Origin: Octopus sinensis
Lineage: Eukaryota
DNA: 64,000 nucleotides
Direction of reading: 5' to 3'
Assembly (NCBI RefSeq): GCF_006345805.1
Contig: NC_043014.1
Span: 42,222,001-42,286,000 of the forward strand
The position numbers and the translations under genes are program-made. Of the stretch, positions 35,561-48,290 are shown piece by piece. The stretch's first letter is position 1. The number at the start of each line of letters is the position of its first letter. Below the pieces are notes generated by a model. It saw only the letters and a list, made by a program, of their open reading frames with translations. It was not told the DNA's origin and ran no database searches.

Positions 35561-36787
35561 ATGGCTAGCCACCAAAAATCCAACAAAAACTGGTCTGATA
35601 ATGAAGTCGACGTTCTTATCAACACATGGCATGGCCTTACCGAAACAGAGAGCATAGGTGCTTCGTGTCTGAACGAAATTGCCAAACGAACAGTTCACCA
35701 TTTGCAAACTCGATCTGAACAGCAGATCCAAAATAAATTAAAACAAATCGAAGTTGCTTTTAAATTAATAAATAAACACTTCGATAAACTGAGATGTGTT
35801 TTCTCTTCGAACGCATCACCGGCGAACAACAACAACAACAACCTCAACAACAACAAACTCAGCGGCAACAAAACAACAAACAGCTACAGCAACAACAACA
35901 ACTTCAGCAGCAACAACCTCAGAGGCAACAACACAACCTCAACAACAACAACAGGATGAACCACTCCTTGATTCATCTACAATGGCCGATTTGCTAAATG
36001 AAACGATTGACCCCCAGTCATCAGGGTCACACAGCAGGAAGCACCACCTCTTCCTTTCACTGCCCCAGCAGCTCAATCATCATCATTGTCAACACCATCT
36101 CCTCTGCTTACTACTACTAGTACTACTCCCACTATATATCGACAAACATCTTTGTCTTGGAATCGACCTCCTCAATCATTACCACTGTCAACATCTCTTC
36201 TACCTACTACTACTACTACTACTACAGCTACTACTACTAATGCTATCTCAAGGAATTTACCTCCTACAGGTCACAAAGGTCGCCAAAACTTCAACAAACT
36301 ATCATCTACACCTTTCACAGCTCACACACACACACGCACCTACACACCCACTCGAAACCCCATCATTTGCCGATATTCTCTTCGCCATAGACTGTGCACT
36401 GATAGAGACTGCAAATTCACCCATTTACCTGGAACAAAACGCTCTATCCCCACAAACTACAACAGCAACCACCATAATACAACATCACCACAACCACCAA
36501 TATCTCAAACAAGGAATCCCCAAATCTGCCGCTATTCCCAGCGAGACAGATTGTGCTTGCACAGGGATTGCCCCTTTACCCATCTCCCGGGGACTCGTCG
36601 GACATTTAAAGATAACCACTCACATAAAAATAGCCGCGGCCACAGTCACCTGCGGTTCCCTAGACAGGAAACCACCTCTTCTTCCTCTTTTTTAGCTATA
36701 ATGAATCTAGCAAAAGAACTGGAAAAAAACATCCGAGCTATCACCCACCGCCATCCACCACTATTACCCCACTACACATGCCATTAA
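35561..36787 (+). CDS. LINE ORF1 (split by ~2 frameshifts): Myb/SANT-like N-terminus, Thr/Gln-rich linker, two CCCH zinc fingers
   Basis: NWSDNEVDVLINTW...RSEQQIQNKLKQI; C-x8-C-x4-C-x3-H at 36368-36424 and 36527-36583. Confidence 0.7.
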
Positions 36788-39700
36788 AAAGCAATCAAAT
36801 AAACAAATCACCAAAACAATTAAAACCATCCACTCTCGCCTCAACATTTCTGCTTAATGCCCAAGGCATCAGCCCTTCCACCAATACACAAAAATGGAAG
36901 ATAAGATTCCTGGAGGACTGGTCGAGGCCCATCCAAACCACATCCCTTTCTTCGTCCTCACTGAAACCCATCTTAGTGACCTCCACTTGGAAGCCGAGGT
37001 GAAAGTTAAAAATTTCAAAACCATTCGTGCTGATCGTGTGGCAGAAGAAAGGGTGGGACTGCCATTTATGTCCATGATTCATTCTCAACAGAAGCCATGA
37101 ACATATTTTCGAATGGATACTGCGAAGCAGTCGCTGTATTCAGTCAAACCAACAACTTAACAGTAGTTGGGCTCTACAGACCACCCCAAACGCCCCTACC
37201 ATGCTTCAAGGAATGCCTCAACAGCATAAAGTGTTTCATTCAGCAGTGTCAACCTGACAACATTTTAATGATGGGAGATTCAACCTTCCCAGGGTTGACT
37301 GGTCTACAAACAGTCTGCCGCCAGGTTCTTCTCTCTCAACCCCTGACAGGGAGGCAGTGGAATCGCTTCTTGACTTCATGGATGACTTCTTCTTGTCCCA
37401 ACTGGTACTCGAACCAACGAGATGTCACAAAAACGTCTTAGACTTAATTTTCAGCAATCACACTGATACTATCCACAATATTGCAGTGGAGAAAACCCTA
37501 CTCTCCGACCATGACATGGTTCTCTGTGATCTGAGATTTCACTGGCCAAAATGCAAAACAAATGTCATCCTCCTGTTCATCCATTTGACACTATGGATTT
37601 CCACAATGCAAACTGGGAAGCGATCAATAATGATCTTGCACAAGTCGATTGGTCCTTCACGCACACATACACACCCACTAACATCAAAAAGTCCTGGCAG
37701 TCACTTGTAGACACCATCACGAACATATGTGCAAGACACCCCATTAAGATCTGCAAACAAATCTAAGTGTCGAATCCCTAGAAATAGAAAATCTCTCATA
37801 AGGAAATTAAAAGAATCAACAAAAAGATCAACATGCTGAAATACTGTCAACAGCAACACACCAACCTGACTGCCATCTCGTCGCTAGAGATTAAAAAACA
37901 TAAACTCCAAAACAACATGATGTCTATCATCAATAGTCAGCGAAGAGCTGAAGAGGCCTGGGCCATTGAGAAGATCAAACTCAATCCCAAAGTGTTCTTT
38001 TCATTTGCAAAAAAACACAGTCACTGGTTCTACTGTTGGCCCTCTGATTGATGAAAATGGTACTCTTCAAGACAATGCCAAAACCATGGGAGAAATATTG
38101 CAGAAACAATATTGCTCTGTTTTCAGCAATCCTGATATGACTGATCTGGGCTGTATCAGTGATGTTACTCCCCAATACACTTTATCGGACATAACATTTG
38201 GCGCTCCTGATGTCTTAGCAGCAATAAAGGAAATGAAGCATAATTCAGCAGTAGGTCCCGATAGGTTCCCTGCTTGTGTCTTGAAGATGTGTCAAACCAA
38301 CTTGCACCCCCTCTAGCCAATCTGTGGCGGAACTCATTGGATGCTGGATATATACCAGAAGACCTTCTATCCCAGTCTGTTGTCCCAGTTTTCAAAAAAG
38401 GAAACAAATCGCTTGCCGTGAATTACCGTCCAATCTCACTCACCTCTCATATCATCAAGGTATTTGAGAGGGTGCTGAGATCGCGTATGACTCACTTCCT
38501 TGAGAGTCATAATATGCTGAACCCCAACCAGCATGGATTCCGTAATGGGAGAGAGCCTGACGCAGCTATGCATCATTGATGAATTTTGAGAGCCTTGGGA
38601 GAGGGTTCCAACACTGATGTCATCTACCTTGATTTCAGCAAGGCCTTTGACAGGGTTGATCATAAGATCCTTCTGAGAAAGCTGTCCAATATTGGTGTCA
38701 CTGGAAAGCTGCTGCAATGGATCAAGTGCTTCCTCTCTAACAGAACCCAACATGTTGTAGTCGAAGGAGTCAAATCCAGCCCAGCCAAAGTCAGCAGTGG
38801 TGTCCCACAAGGCACTGTGTTGGGCCCACTTCTCTTCATCATCTACATAAATGATATTACTGACACCATCAAACACAGCAACATCAGAACCTTCGCTGAT
38901 GATTCCAAGCTCCAGAAGGTCATCAATGGCGTGGATGACCGAATAAACCTTCAGTCAGACCTACTGGCTGTTGTCCAATGGGCGGAAAAGAATAACATGT
39001 TGCTAAATGAAGACAAATTCGAACTGATCCACTTTGGAAGGGAGGACGCTCTGAAACTCCCATACTCTCTTCCTTCTGGAGAAATTCTCATGGCATCCAA
39101 CAACATCAGAGACCTGGGAGTAACAGTGGACAACAACATAAGCTGGGCTACACATATAAGCAGCAAAGTTGACATGGCCCGCAGAATGTGTTCCTGGATT
39201 CTCAGAACCTTCCAGTCGAGAGATTCCCACGCTATTATCCTTCTCTTCTCCACTTTTGCCCGACCCCACCTTGAATACTGCTGTCCACTGTGGTCTCCCT
39301 ACACAAAACAAAATATTATGAGAATTGAAGCTCCCCAAAGGTCAATCACAAAAAAGATAGATGGCATGTCAGACCTTGACTACGGGTAGACTAGAGAAGC
39401 TGAAATTGTATTCACTCCAACGACGCCGTGAACGCTACATTATCTGTATGATGTGGAAAATATTCCATCAGCACTGTCCGAATGATGTTGGCATCACCTT
39501 CAAAATGCATCCAAGGCTTGGACCACGTGCCATCCGTCCACAACAAAAATCTAAATCGCATCACATAACGACAATACGGCACAACTATTTCACCTCAATT
39601 GGACCCGCTCTCTTCAACATTACACCAGGACACGTCAAAAAAGAAACTGACCACACAAATTCAAGAAGTCTTTGGACAAATTCCTTCAAACAGTACCGGA

Positions 39701-39806
39701 CAAACCACCCACACCCGGATATGTCTCTGCAAACAATAACTCTCTGCTCGAATGGGCCTTGGTGCCCAATCCTGAACTGAAAGACTTCGCCAGGTGGTGC
39801 TATTAA
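36778..39806 (+). CDS. LINE ORF2 endonuclease/reverse transcriptase (multiple frameshifts)
   Basis: APE motifs (FVLTETHL, ILMMGD, NVLDLIFSN, LLSDHDMV); RT motifs (NYRPISLTS, YLDFSKAFDRV, SGVPQGTVLGPLLF, FADDSKL, RPHLEYCCPLWSP); the ATG overlaps the ORF1 stop. Confidence 0.9.
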
Positions 39807-39862
39807 GTTAGACATGGCCTGGGCCAATACTGGCCAAAAACCTTTCTAAGTTATTCTAAGTT

Positions 39863-39893
<31 letters not shown>

Positions 39894-40348
39894 CATACAT
39901 ACATACATAATTTGTCTGCATTCGGTTGTTGGTTGCTTAAAAATTGTTGAACATGAAAGGAGATATTTTAAAATTAAAACAAAACCAACAAAGCTTATAT
40001 TGTTATATATGCAATGTAAACAAATGTATAGACTATATATGAATTTTCCATGAGCGCTTTAAACATACATATACATACATGCTTATACATGCATATTCAC
40101 ACACATAAATCTACATCTATTTATCTATCTATCTATCTATCATCTATCAGTCTATATATATATATATTATATATATATATATATATAATTATATATATAT
40201 ACTTTATTTAAAAGCAGCAGAGTTTGACGTCAACAGAGTTTGACGTTCCCATTCGTCGGACAGTTTGTTAAAAGCAATTACTCTACCTCTGCTATTTGAG
40301 TACTCTTTTTTCACCTTGTTCACATTATGTGTTTACTCCGGTACATAT

Positions 40349-40392
<44 letters not shown>

Positions 40393-40617
40393 CAAAGTTA
40401 TTTTAATCCTCATGGGTGTGTATATATATAATATATATATATATTAATACTATATATATATATAATATATATATACTATACATATATAATATATATTAGA
40501 TATATATATATATATATATATTAATATATTACATAACACACACACACATATATCAAAAGAATATGTGTGCGCATCTGTAGATATCTTATGTAATATACTA
40601 TTATTATATATAATATA

Positions 40618-40653
<36 letters not shown>

Positions 40654-40821
40654 TGGTATATAATATATGTATGTATGATGTATTTGTATATATGTGTGTA
40701 TATATATATATAAATAATACACATATTTTTTTATATATCTTGTATATTCCATCTTCTGTTTTACATTACCATATACATATGTGTGTGGTTATACATATGT
40801 ATATGTGCATATACATATACA

Positions 40822-40854
<33 letters not shown>

Positions 40855-40855
40855 T

Positions 40856-40892
<37 letters not shown>

Positions 40893-41343
40893 TATATAGA
40901 TATGTGTATGTATGTATGTATTCTTCATTTAAATCTTTTCTTTGTATTACATTATTTTAAGTTTTCCTCCTCTCAGGCTGTTTTTCTTAATCTTTTGGTA
41001 AACATCTCTCTTTTATGTAATGGGGCGGATGTCTTCTGGTTGTCTTTGTCGAAGCTTTAGGTCGGATGTTGTCTGGTGCAATGTGTAATGCTGCCCCCTT
41101 TACATCATTACACGGGGAGTTAACTGTTGTCATTACATCAAACCTGTTGCATTGTTAACCTCACACACACACACACAAACACACATACACCACACATACA
41201 CAAATATACATAGGCAGACAACATATACACACATATGCATCAGCATACACATGCACAAGTAAATGTATATGTATATGTGGTATATGGTGTGTATGTATGT
41301 ATATATATAATATATTATATAATATATATATATATATATAATA

Positions 41344-41389
<46 letters not shown>

Positions 41390-41419
41390 TATATATATAT
41401 ATATATATATTTATAAATG

Positions 41420-41640
41420 TTGGGCGGTGAGCTGGCAGAATCGTTAGCATGCCGGGCGAAATGTGTAGCCGTATTTCGTCTGCCATTACGTTCTGAGTTC
41501 AAATTCCGCCGAGGTCGACTTTCCTATCATCCTTTCGGGGTCGATTAAATAAGTACCAGTTACGCACTGGGGTTGATATAATCGACTTAATCCATTTGTC
41601 CACTCTGTGTTTAGCCCCTTGTGGGTAGTAAAGAAATAGA
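41420..41640 (+). mobile_element. SINE-B1 monomer
   Basis: gggcggtgagctggcagaatcgttagc...gggtagtaaagaaatag. Confidence 0.85.
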
Positions 41641-42354
41641 TATATATATATATTGTTGTTATCATGTTAAATGCATATTTTGGCCAAATGCATATTTTTC
41701 AGTATTTGGTTTTTGCTTGCAATAGCCAGTTCTTTTGGTCAAACTATCGTATCTTGCCTCAGATGCCAAAATATCAAAAATTGTCAAAGTGTAGTACAAT
41801 GGTCTTGGTACAGAATGGTGTTGTATATATATATATATATATATACAACAGGCTTCTTTCAGTTTCCATCTACCAAATCCACTTGTAAGGCTTTGGTTTT
41901 CATTCTGTTTTCAGAGTTTTCCTCGTTTCTCTACGATCAGAATAAATGGCCACCTATTAGTATTGTGGCCTCTCTGCTTCTGTAGGTTTTAGCCTTACAT
42001 TATATGTTTTAGCTTTATTTTGCTTACTGTGTAAGTTGAATGTACGGTATTTGCATATGTGGACGACATCACTGTCACTGTGTTGAATGCATTGAAAATC
42101 ATTATAACACACCAAACTGGGGGGAATACAGACTGGTAACAAGAATATTAATCAAGCCCAGAACATATCAGCTGGCTGGCTGGTAGAAAGAAATATGTGA
42201 AAATGGAAGAAATATGTATTAAATATGTGGTGTCCGCTAGGAGACAATTAACACAAGGGAGATAATCATTTCTTCATAGTATTTGGTGGCATTAGAAGTT
42301 TGAATTTGAGATTAACAAAGAAGGAAACAGATGCACAAAATAAACATATAGGTG

Positions 42355-42513
42355 TCAGTGTGACTGAGTGGTAAGAAGATTGCTACTCAACAACAAGGTT
42401 CTGGGTTCAGTCTCATTGCATGGTGCCATGGACAAGCTTCAGCCTTGTGAGTGGATTTGGTAGACAGGAACCAAAAGAAGCCCATCGTGAATATATATGT
42501 ATATATATATATA

Positions 42514-42568
<55 letters not shown>

Positions 42569-42792
42569 ATATATATATATTTGTGTGTGTGTCTGTTTGT
42601 CTCCACTCCACAGCTTGACAGCCAGTGTAGGTCTGTTTATATCCCTATAACTTAGTAATTCAGCAAAACAGACTGATAGAATAAGTCCTAGGTTAAAAAA
42701 AAATATTGAAGTTGATTCATTCAACTAAAAGTTCTTCAAGGCGGTGCACCAGCATGGCCACAGTCTAAGAACAGAAACAAGTAAAAGATAAA
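42355..42792 (+). mobile_element. Diverged SINE-A
   Basis: Head, internal (TA/TG)n and tail are recognisable. Confidence 0.7.
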
Positions 42793-42989
42793 AGCTATTT
42801 ATTTACTTATTTGTTTGTTGCTTTCTAATTACAAATTTCTTAAAATTTCTAATCAGTGCTAATCACATGTAGCAATACTTTCATTCCTTTTAGAAATTGT
42901 CTGTATGACATAACACAAGGAATATTGATTTCAAATTTCAAATCATGATGCAAAACCAATAATTTCAGGGAAGAGGGTAAATTGATTAC

Positions 42990-43468
42990 ATTGACCCCAG
43001 TACTCAACAGTGGATTATTTTATTGATCCTTAAAGGATGACAGGCAAAGCCAACTTCACCAGAATTTGAACTCAGAACATAAAAGACAGGTGAAATGCCG
43101 CTAAGCATTTTGTCCAGCATGATAACGGCTCCGCCAGCTTGCCACATATTACATATTACATCAACCCCAGTATCTAACTGGTATTTATTTTAGCACCTCT
43201 GAAAGGATGAAAGACAAAGCCAACTTCACCAGAATTTGAACTCAGAACATAAAGACTAACAAAATGCCACTAAGCATTTTGTTCAGCATGCTAATGGCTC
43301 AGCCAGCTTGCCACCTTACACATTTTACATCAACCCCAGTATCCAACTGGTACTTATTTTATCAACTCTGAAAGGATGAAAGGCAAAGACAACCTTGGCA
43401 GAATTTGAACTCAGAACGTAAAGACAGATGAAATGCCTGGTGTGCTAAAAATTCTGCCAGTTCACCAC
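42990..43468 (-). mobile_element. Three head-to-tail SINE-B units (~168-bp period)
   Basis: acatcaaccccagtatc at 43159 and 43327; gaatttgaactcagaac three times. Confidence 0.8.
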
Positions 43469-43824
43469 TTTATAACACGAGGAATATTAATTAAGCATTT
43501 TATGGAATGAAACATTTCTGACAAATGAAAAATAATTACAGGTTGGAAGAAACGTGGAATGTGTGTTTTGCTTTGCTTTGCTCTGGTTTTATGTTTTTTT
43601 GTTTTCCTTGTTCATCATAGAGCATTAATTGTTTAGCAATAGAGCTAATCTGATTCTAGACCATCCAAACATAATAATATGATAATAATATGAAAACTGC
43701 ATTTGTTATAATCGTAATGCAAGTGTGAAGGGGTTTGAGTGCACTTTCAAGGACAAACACTTACAGAAGTACATTTTTAGAAAAAAAGTACAAAATATAC
43801 TTTAAGTATATATAGACATATATA

Positions 43825-44232
43825 GGCGCAGGAGTGGCTGTGTGGTAAGTAGCTTGCTAACCAACCACATGGTTCCGGGTTCAGTCCCCACTGCGTGGCA
43901 TCTGGGCAAGTGTCTTCTGCTATAGCCCCGGGCCGACCAATGCCTTGTGAGTGGATTGGTAGACGGAAACTGAAAGAAGCCTGTTGTATATATGTATATA
44001 TATATTAAGGTGTGTGTATATGTTTGTGTGTCTGTGTTTGTCCTCCTAGCATTGCTGACAACCGATGCTGGTGTGTTTACGTCCCCGTCACTTAGCGGTT
44101 CGGCAAAAGAGACCGATAGAATAAGTACTGGGCTTACAAAGAATAAGTCCCGGGGTCGATTTCCTCGACTAAAGGCGGTACTCCAGCATGGCCGCAGTCA
44201 AATGACTGAAACAAGTAAAAGAGTAAAAGAGA
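43825..44232 (+). mobile_element. Full-length SINE-A
   Basis: ggcgcaggagtggctgtgtgg...gtaaaagagtaaaagag. Confidence 0.9.
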
Positions 44233-44634
44233 GAGATGCTATTCAAAAGATAGGATGGACATAACTAGAATACTTTTCATTATAGATCTTATTTGATCTG
44301 GGGTTTAACAACAACATGGCAGTAAGGGTACCACTATGCAGAAATTCAACCTGTTAGTAATTGCAACCAAATCTTCTTTGGATAATACACTTGAAGGAAA
44401 AGGAGCATGCATGACTGTGGCTCTGTGGTTAAGAAGCTTGCTTTGCAATCATGTGGTTTCAGGTTCAGTCCCACTATGAAGCATCTAGGGCACATGTCTC
44501 CTGCAATAGCCCTAGGTCAACCAATACCTTCCAAATGAATTTGGAGGACATGAGCTCTGGGATGTCAATTATATATATATATATATATAGATATATATAT
44601 ATTTATATATATATATATACACACACACATATAC

Positions 44635-44666
<32 letters not shown>

Positions 44667-45164
44667 ATACATATATATACATACATATAAATATGTATGT
44701 ATGTATGTATGTATGTATGTGTGTACGTATGTATGGGTGGGTGGGTGAATGGATGGATGGATAAAATTTTTAAAATGGAAAAGCAAAATATTTAGCATCA
44801 CTCAAAAAAGGAACATTTGATTTAAATAGAAAATATAACCAGAGTCTCCTACAGCTGTTTCTAGAATAGCCTATCATGCAGATCATGATGTTGACTAAGG
44901 ATTCCATAAGCTGAGTAAACTGTCATCAGAGAGTGAGAAAAATGTAAAAGTAAAGAAATCTTCCCAATTGAGGATATTAGTACTTTTAGTTAATAAAAAA
45001 AATGAAGGAAGGATCAGAATAAATAAAATAGATACGCATTATGCACTTCCATGGTCAAATCAGTAAAAGAGTTATAGGTAAGGTCCATTAGCAGTTTGAA
45101 ATGTGAATGTTATGATGTATGCATATGCTTGTACATGTGTCATTGTGTTTATCTTACCAATACC

Positions 45165-45585
45165 TATTTCTTTACTACCCACAAGGGGCTAAACACAGAG
45201 AGGACAAACAAGGACAGACAAACGGATTAAGTTGATTATATTGACTCCAGTGCGTAACTGGTACTTATTTAATCGATCCAGAAAAGATGAAAGGCGAAGT
45301 CGACCTCGGTGGAATTTGAACTCAGAACGTAGCAGCAGATGAAATACCTATTTCTTTATTACACACAAGGGGCTAAACACAGAGGGGACAAACAAAGACA
45401 GACAAACAGATTAAGTCGATTATATTGACCCCAGTGCGTAACTGGTACTTATTTAATTGATGCCAAAAGGATGAAAGGCAAAGTTGACCTCGGCGGAATA
45501 TGAACTCAGAACGTAACGGCAGACGAAATACCGCTAAGCATTTCGCCCGGCGTGCTAACATTTCTGCCAGCTCGCCATCTGGCCA
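45165..45585 (-). mobile_element. SINE-B1 dimer within one 14-bp TSD
   Basis: TSD atcttaccaatacc at 45151-45164 and 45586-45599. Confidence 0.85.
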
Positions 45586-46199
45586 ATCTTACCAATACCA
45601 CCACCACTTGACAACCAATGCTGATTTGTTTATGTGTGTGTGACTTAGCAGTTCAGCAATAGGGAATGATAGAATAAGTACCAGACTTAAAAGAAAATAA
45701 GTACCGAGGTCGATTTACTTGACTAACACTTTAAGACAATGCCCTAGATGGCTGCTGTCCAATGACTGAAACAAGTAAAACACTAAAAGTTTACCTTAAA
45801 AAGAGAAAACAAAATAGTGATGTGATCACAGCTGAAACATCTATGATCAGAGATCATCATGGACAATAAGGAATGGCCTAGGGCTAAATTGTAGCACACA
45901 GCAACAACCACGGTTTCTAACTGAATATCTTGATGAATGCAGGGAAATCCTGTTTAATGTCGATTTGCAGACTTTATTTAAACCTTGATCACTAATTATT
46001 AGTTTAGTGATTAGCTCACAGCTTGTTTATTGATTCATAATTTAATGTTTGATTATTGATCTCAGGTTTAAAAGTTGATTAATTAGCTTTTGATTGCAAC
46101 AATCTTTGATTTTAACAAATCTTTGATTGCAAAATTAGATTACTGAATTAACAGTGAAATATGCAGATGTGGCTGAGTACGAAACTGAACAATTTGCAT

Positions 46200-47260
46200 A
46201 TTTTAAATGGATTACATAATGGGTAATGAATGAGGGCCACTACTTCAGGTTGTGATGACCCTCCTTGATGCATGTCCTACAGGTGTAGCTTGTTCTGACT
46301 GAAAAATACACAGGCACATCGGCAGTAGGTCTCCAATGTGTCTTTGTCATTGCATCATATGCTTTTGAGTTCTCCCATCAAATGATGCTATGGCATTCCT
46401 TCTATCCGACCCTCTCATAGTAAGTCCTTGGCAGAGGTATTTGGGGCAGCGAGCTGGCAGAAACGTTAGTGCACAGGGCGAAATGCTTAGCAGTATTTCG
46501 TCTGCCGTTACGTTCTGAGTTCAAATTCTGCCAAGGTCAACTTTGCCTTTCATCCTTTCAGGGTCAATAAATTAAGTACCAGTTACACACTGTGGTCGAT
46601 GTAATCGGCTTAATCCGTTTGTCTGTCTTTGTTTGTCCCCTCTGTGTTTAGCCCCTTGTGGGTAGTAAAGAAATAGGTATTTTGTCTGCCGCTACATTCT
46701 GAGTTCAAATTCCACCGAGGTCAACTTTGCATTTCATCCTTCCAGGGTCGATAAATTAAGTACCAGTTATGCACTAGGGTCGATGTAATCGGCTTAATCC
46801 GTTTGTTTGTCTTTGTTTGTCCCCTCTCTGTTTAGCCCCTTGTGGGTAGTAAAGAAATAGGTATTTGGGGTAGCTTACCATTGCCTTCCGTAACTGGATG
46901 GCCACAAGGAGCTCGTATCCATCCATCAATAGGTTTTGTTTTTAGTCCTGTTGGATTTCCAGACCCCCTTCCTCACAAGAGTAACAAGCTACTCAAGCGT
47001 AGGAGATGGCTTAGTCACTGACCACTCATCCAGGGAACAGGTAGTACAGTATTGGTTTACAAGTAGTACTAGTAGCAGGTCAAATCAGCCTTTAATGAGA
47101 TCACTGACCCAACTGCCCTCCAAGGTGTACACTTCAAATATTTAAGACTGCTATCAAGATCTGAGCTCATGGCCAGCTTCATCCAGGCTCACACCCATCG
47201 CTTCCATGTTCACCATGTCAAACAGAGCACCTTGCAATAGTTTCTTCAGAATCTACAAAT
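46200..47260 (-). mobile_element. Old RTE/BovB-like 5' region remnant interrupted by a SINE-B dimer
   Basis: The reverse strand gaaggcaatggtaagctacccc-aaatacctctgccaagg resembles the BovB-type gaaggcaatggcaaaccac motif. Confidence 0.4.
46447..46858 (+). mobile_element. SINE-B1 dimer within one 12-bp TSD
   Basis: TSD aggtatttgggg at 46435-46446 and 46859-46870. Confidence 0.85.
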
Positions 47261-47262
47261 GA

Positions 47263-47430
47263 GGCATAGGTTTGGCTGTGTGGTAAGAAGCTTGCTTACC
47301 AACCACATGGTTCCAGCTTCAGTCATACTGTGTGGCACCTTGGGCAAGTCTTTCCTACAATAGCCTAGAGCTGACCAAAGCCTTGTGAGTGGATTTGGTA
47401 GTAAGAAACTGAAAGCAGCCCATCGTATAT
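47263..47430 (+). mobile_element. SINE-A 5' half
   Basis: Head through gcagcccatcgtatata. Confidence 0.75.
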
Positions 47431-47433
47431 ATG

Positions 47434-47479
<46 letters not shown>

Positions 47480-47621
47480 TATTAATATAAGATAAAATGT
47501 CAAAAATTTTATCAGTGGCCAGCATACTTAAAAGGAGGAGGAGGAGGATGGAGGGGGATGGAGGGGGATGATGATGATGATGATGACGACGATGATGATG
47601 AGGAGGAGGAGGAGAAGGAGG

Positions 47622-47943
47622 AGGGATAAAACTGCTGTATTTTTCTTGTACAGAAGGTGCTAATTTTCTTAACAGTGATCTCACTTTTCCATGATCCATC
47701 CAACACTTGCATTCTTCCTTGAAGATTTCTTCATATCTTCTGAAGTACACCATAAAAGTTATACCCTACTCTGGGTCATAACTAAATTCTGTTACAGCAT
47801 TCACTATGCCATCTGGTGAAAATGAACTTTCAGTGTTTCCAGACTTCTATAACCATGACTCCATCAACTGTTTGTGTTGTAGCTGTTGCTGTCGTAGTTG
47901 TTGCTGCTGTTGCTTGTTTGTTTGTTGAGTGAAGCGGTCTTTG
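47622..47943 (-). pseudogene. Ty3/Gypsy (K02A2.6-like) gag N-terminal remnant
   Basis: polyQ...SFSPDGIVNAVTEFSYDPE*GITFMVYFRRYEEIFKEECKCWMDHGKVRSLLRKL...EKYSSFI; two in-frame stops. Confidence 0.7.
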
Positions 47944-47949
47944 TCCCAG

Positions 47950-48287
47950 AGTGGGAGAAGTCCAAAACATGGTCCTTTGCTATTCATAAGACCCGCAGAA
48001 GAGAAAGCAGGTCAACCCCCAACACCGAGAGCATCGACGGATGGATGAATGCGCATCCAGGCTCAGCGGTTGTGTAGGAAGTCGGGGACAAGAAACAGGA
48101 AGAAAGAATGAGAGAAAGTTGGGGTGAAAGAGTACAACAGGGGTTGCTACCACCCCCTGCCGGAACCTCGTGGAGCTTTAAGGTGTTTTCGCTCAATTAA
48201 CACACATAACGCCCGGTCTGGGAATCGAAACCGCGATCGTCCAACTGCAAGCCCGCTGCCCTAACCACTGGGCCATTTCACCTCCAC
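47950..48287 (-). mobile_element. SINE-C, third body subtype
   Basis: C head (reverse complement) with body gtccccgacttcctacacaaccgctgagcc. Confidence 0.75.
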
Positions 48288-48290
48288 TGT

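Larger units (their letters stand above)
35167..39864 (+). mobile_element. Apparently full-length CR1-superclade LINE (~4.7 kb)
   Basis: 5' UTR, ORF1, ORF2 (APE+RT), short 3' UTR ending (TTCTAAGTTA)2; flanked by duplicated (ACAT)6-ATAT-(ACAT)2. Confidence 0.9.
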
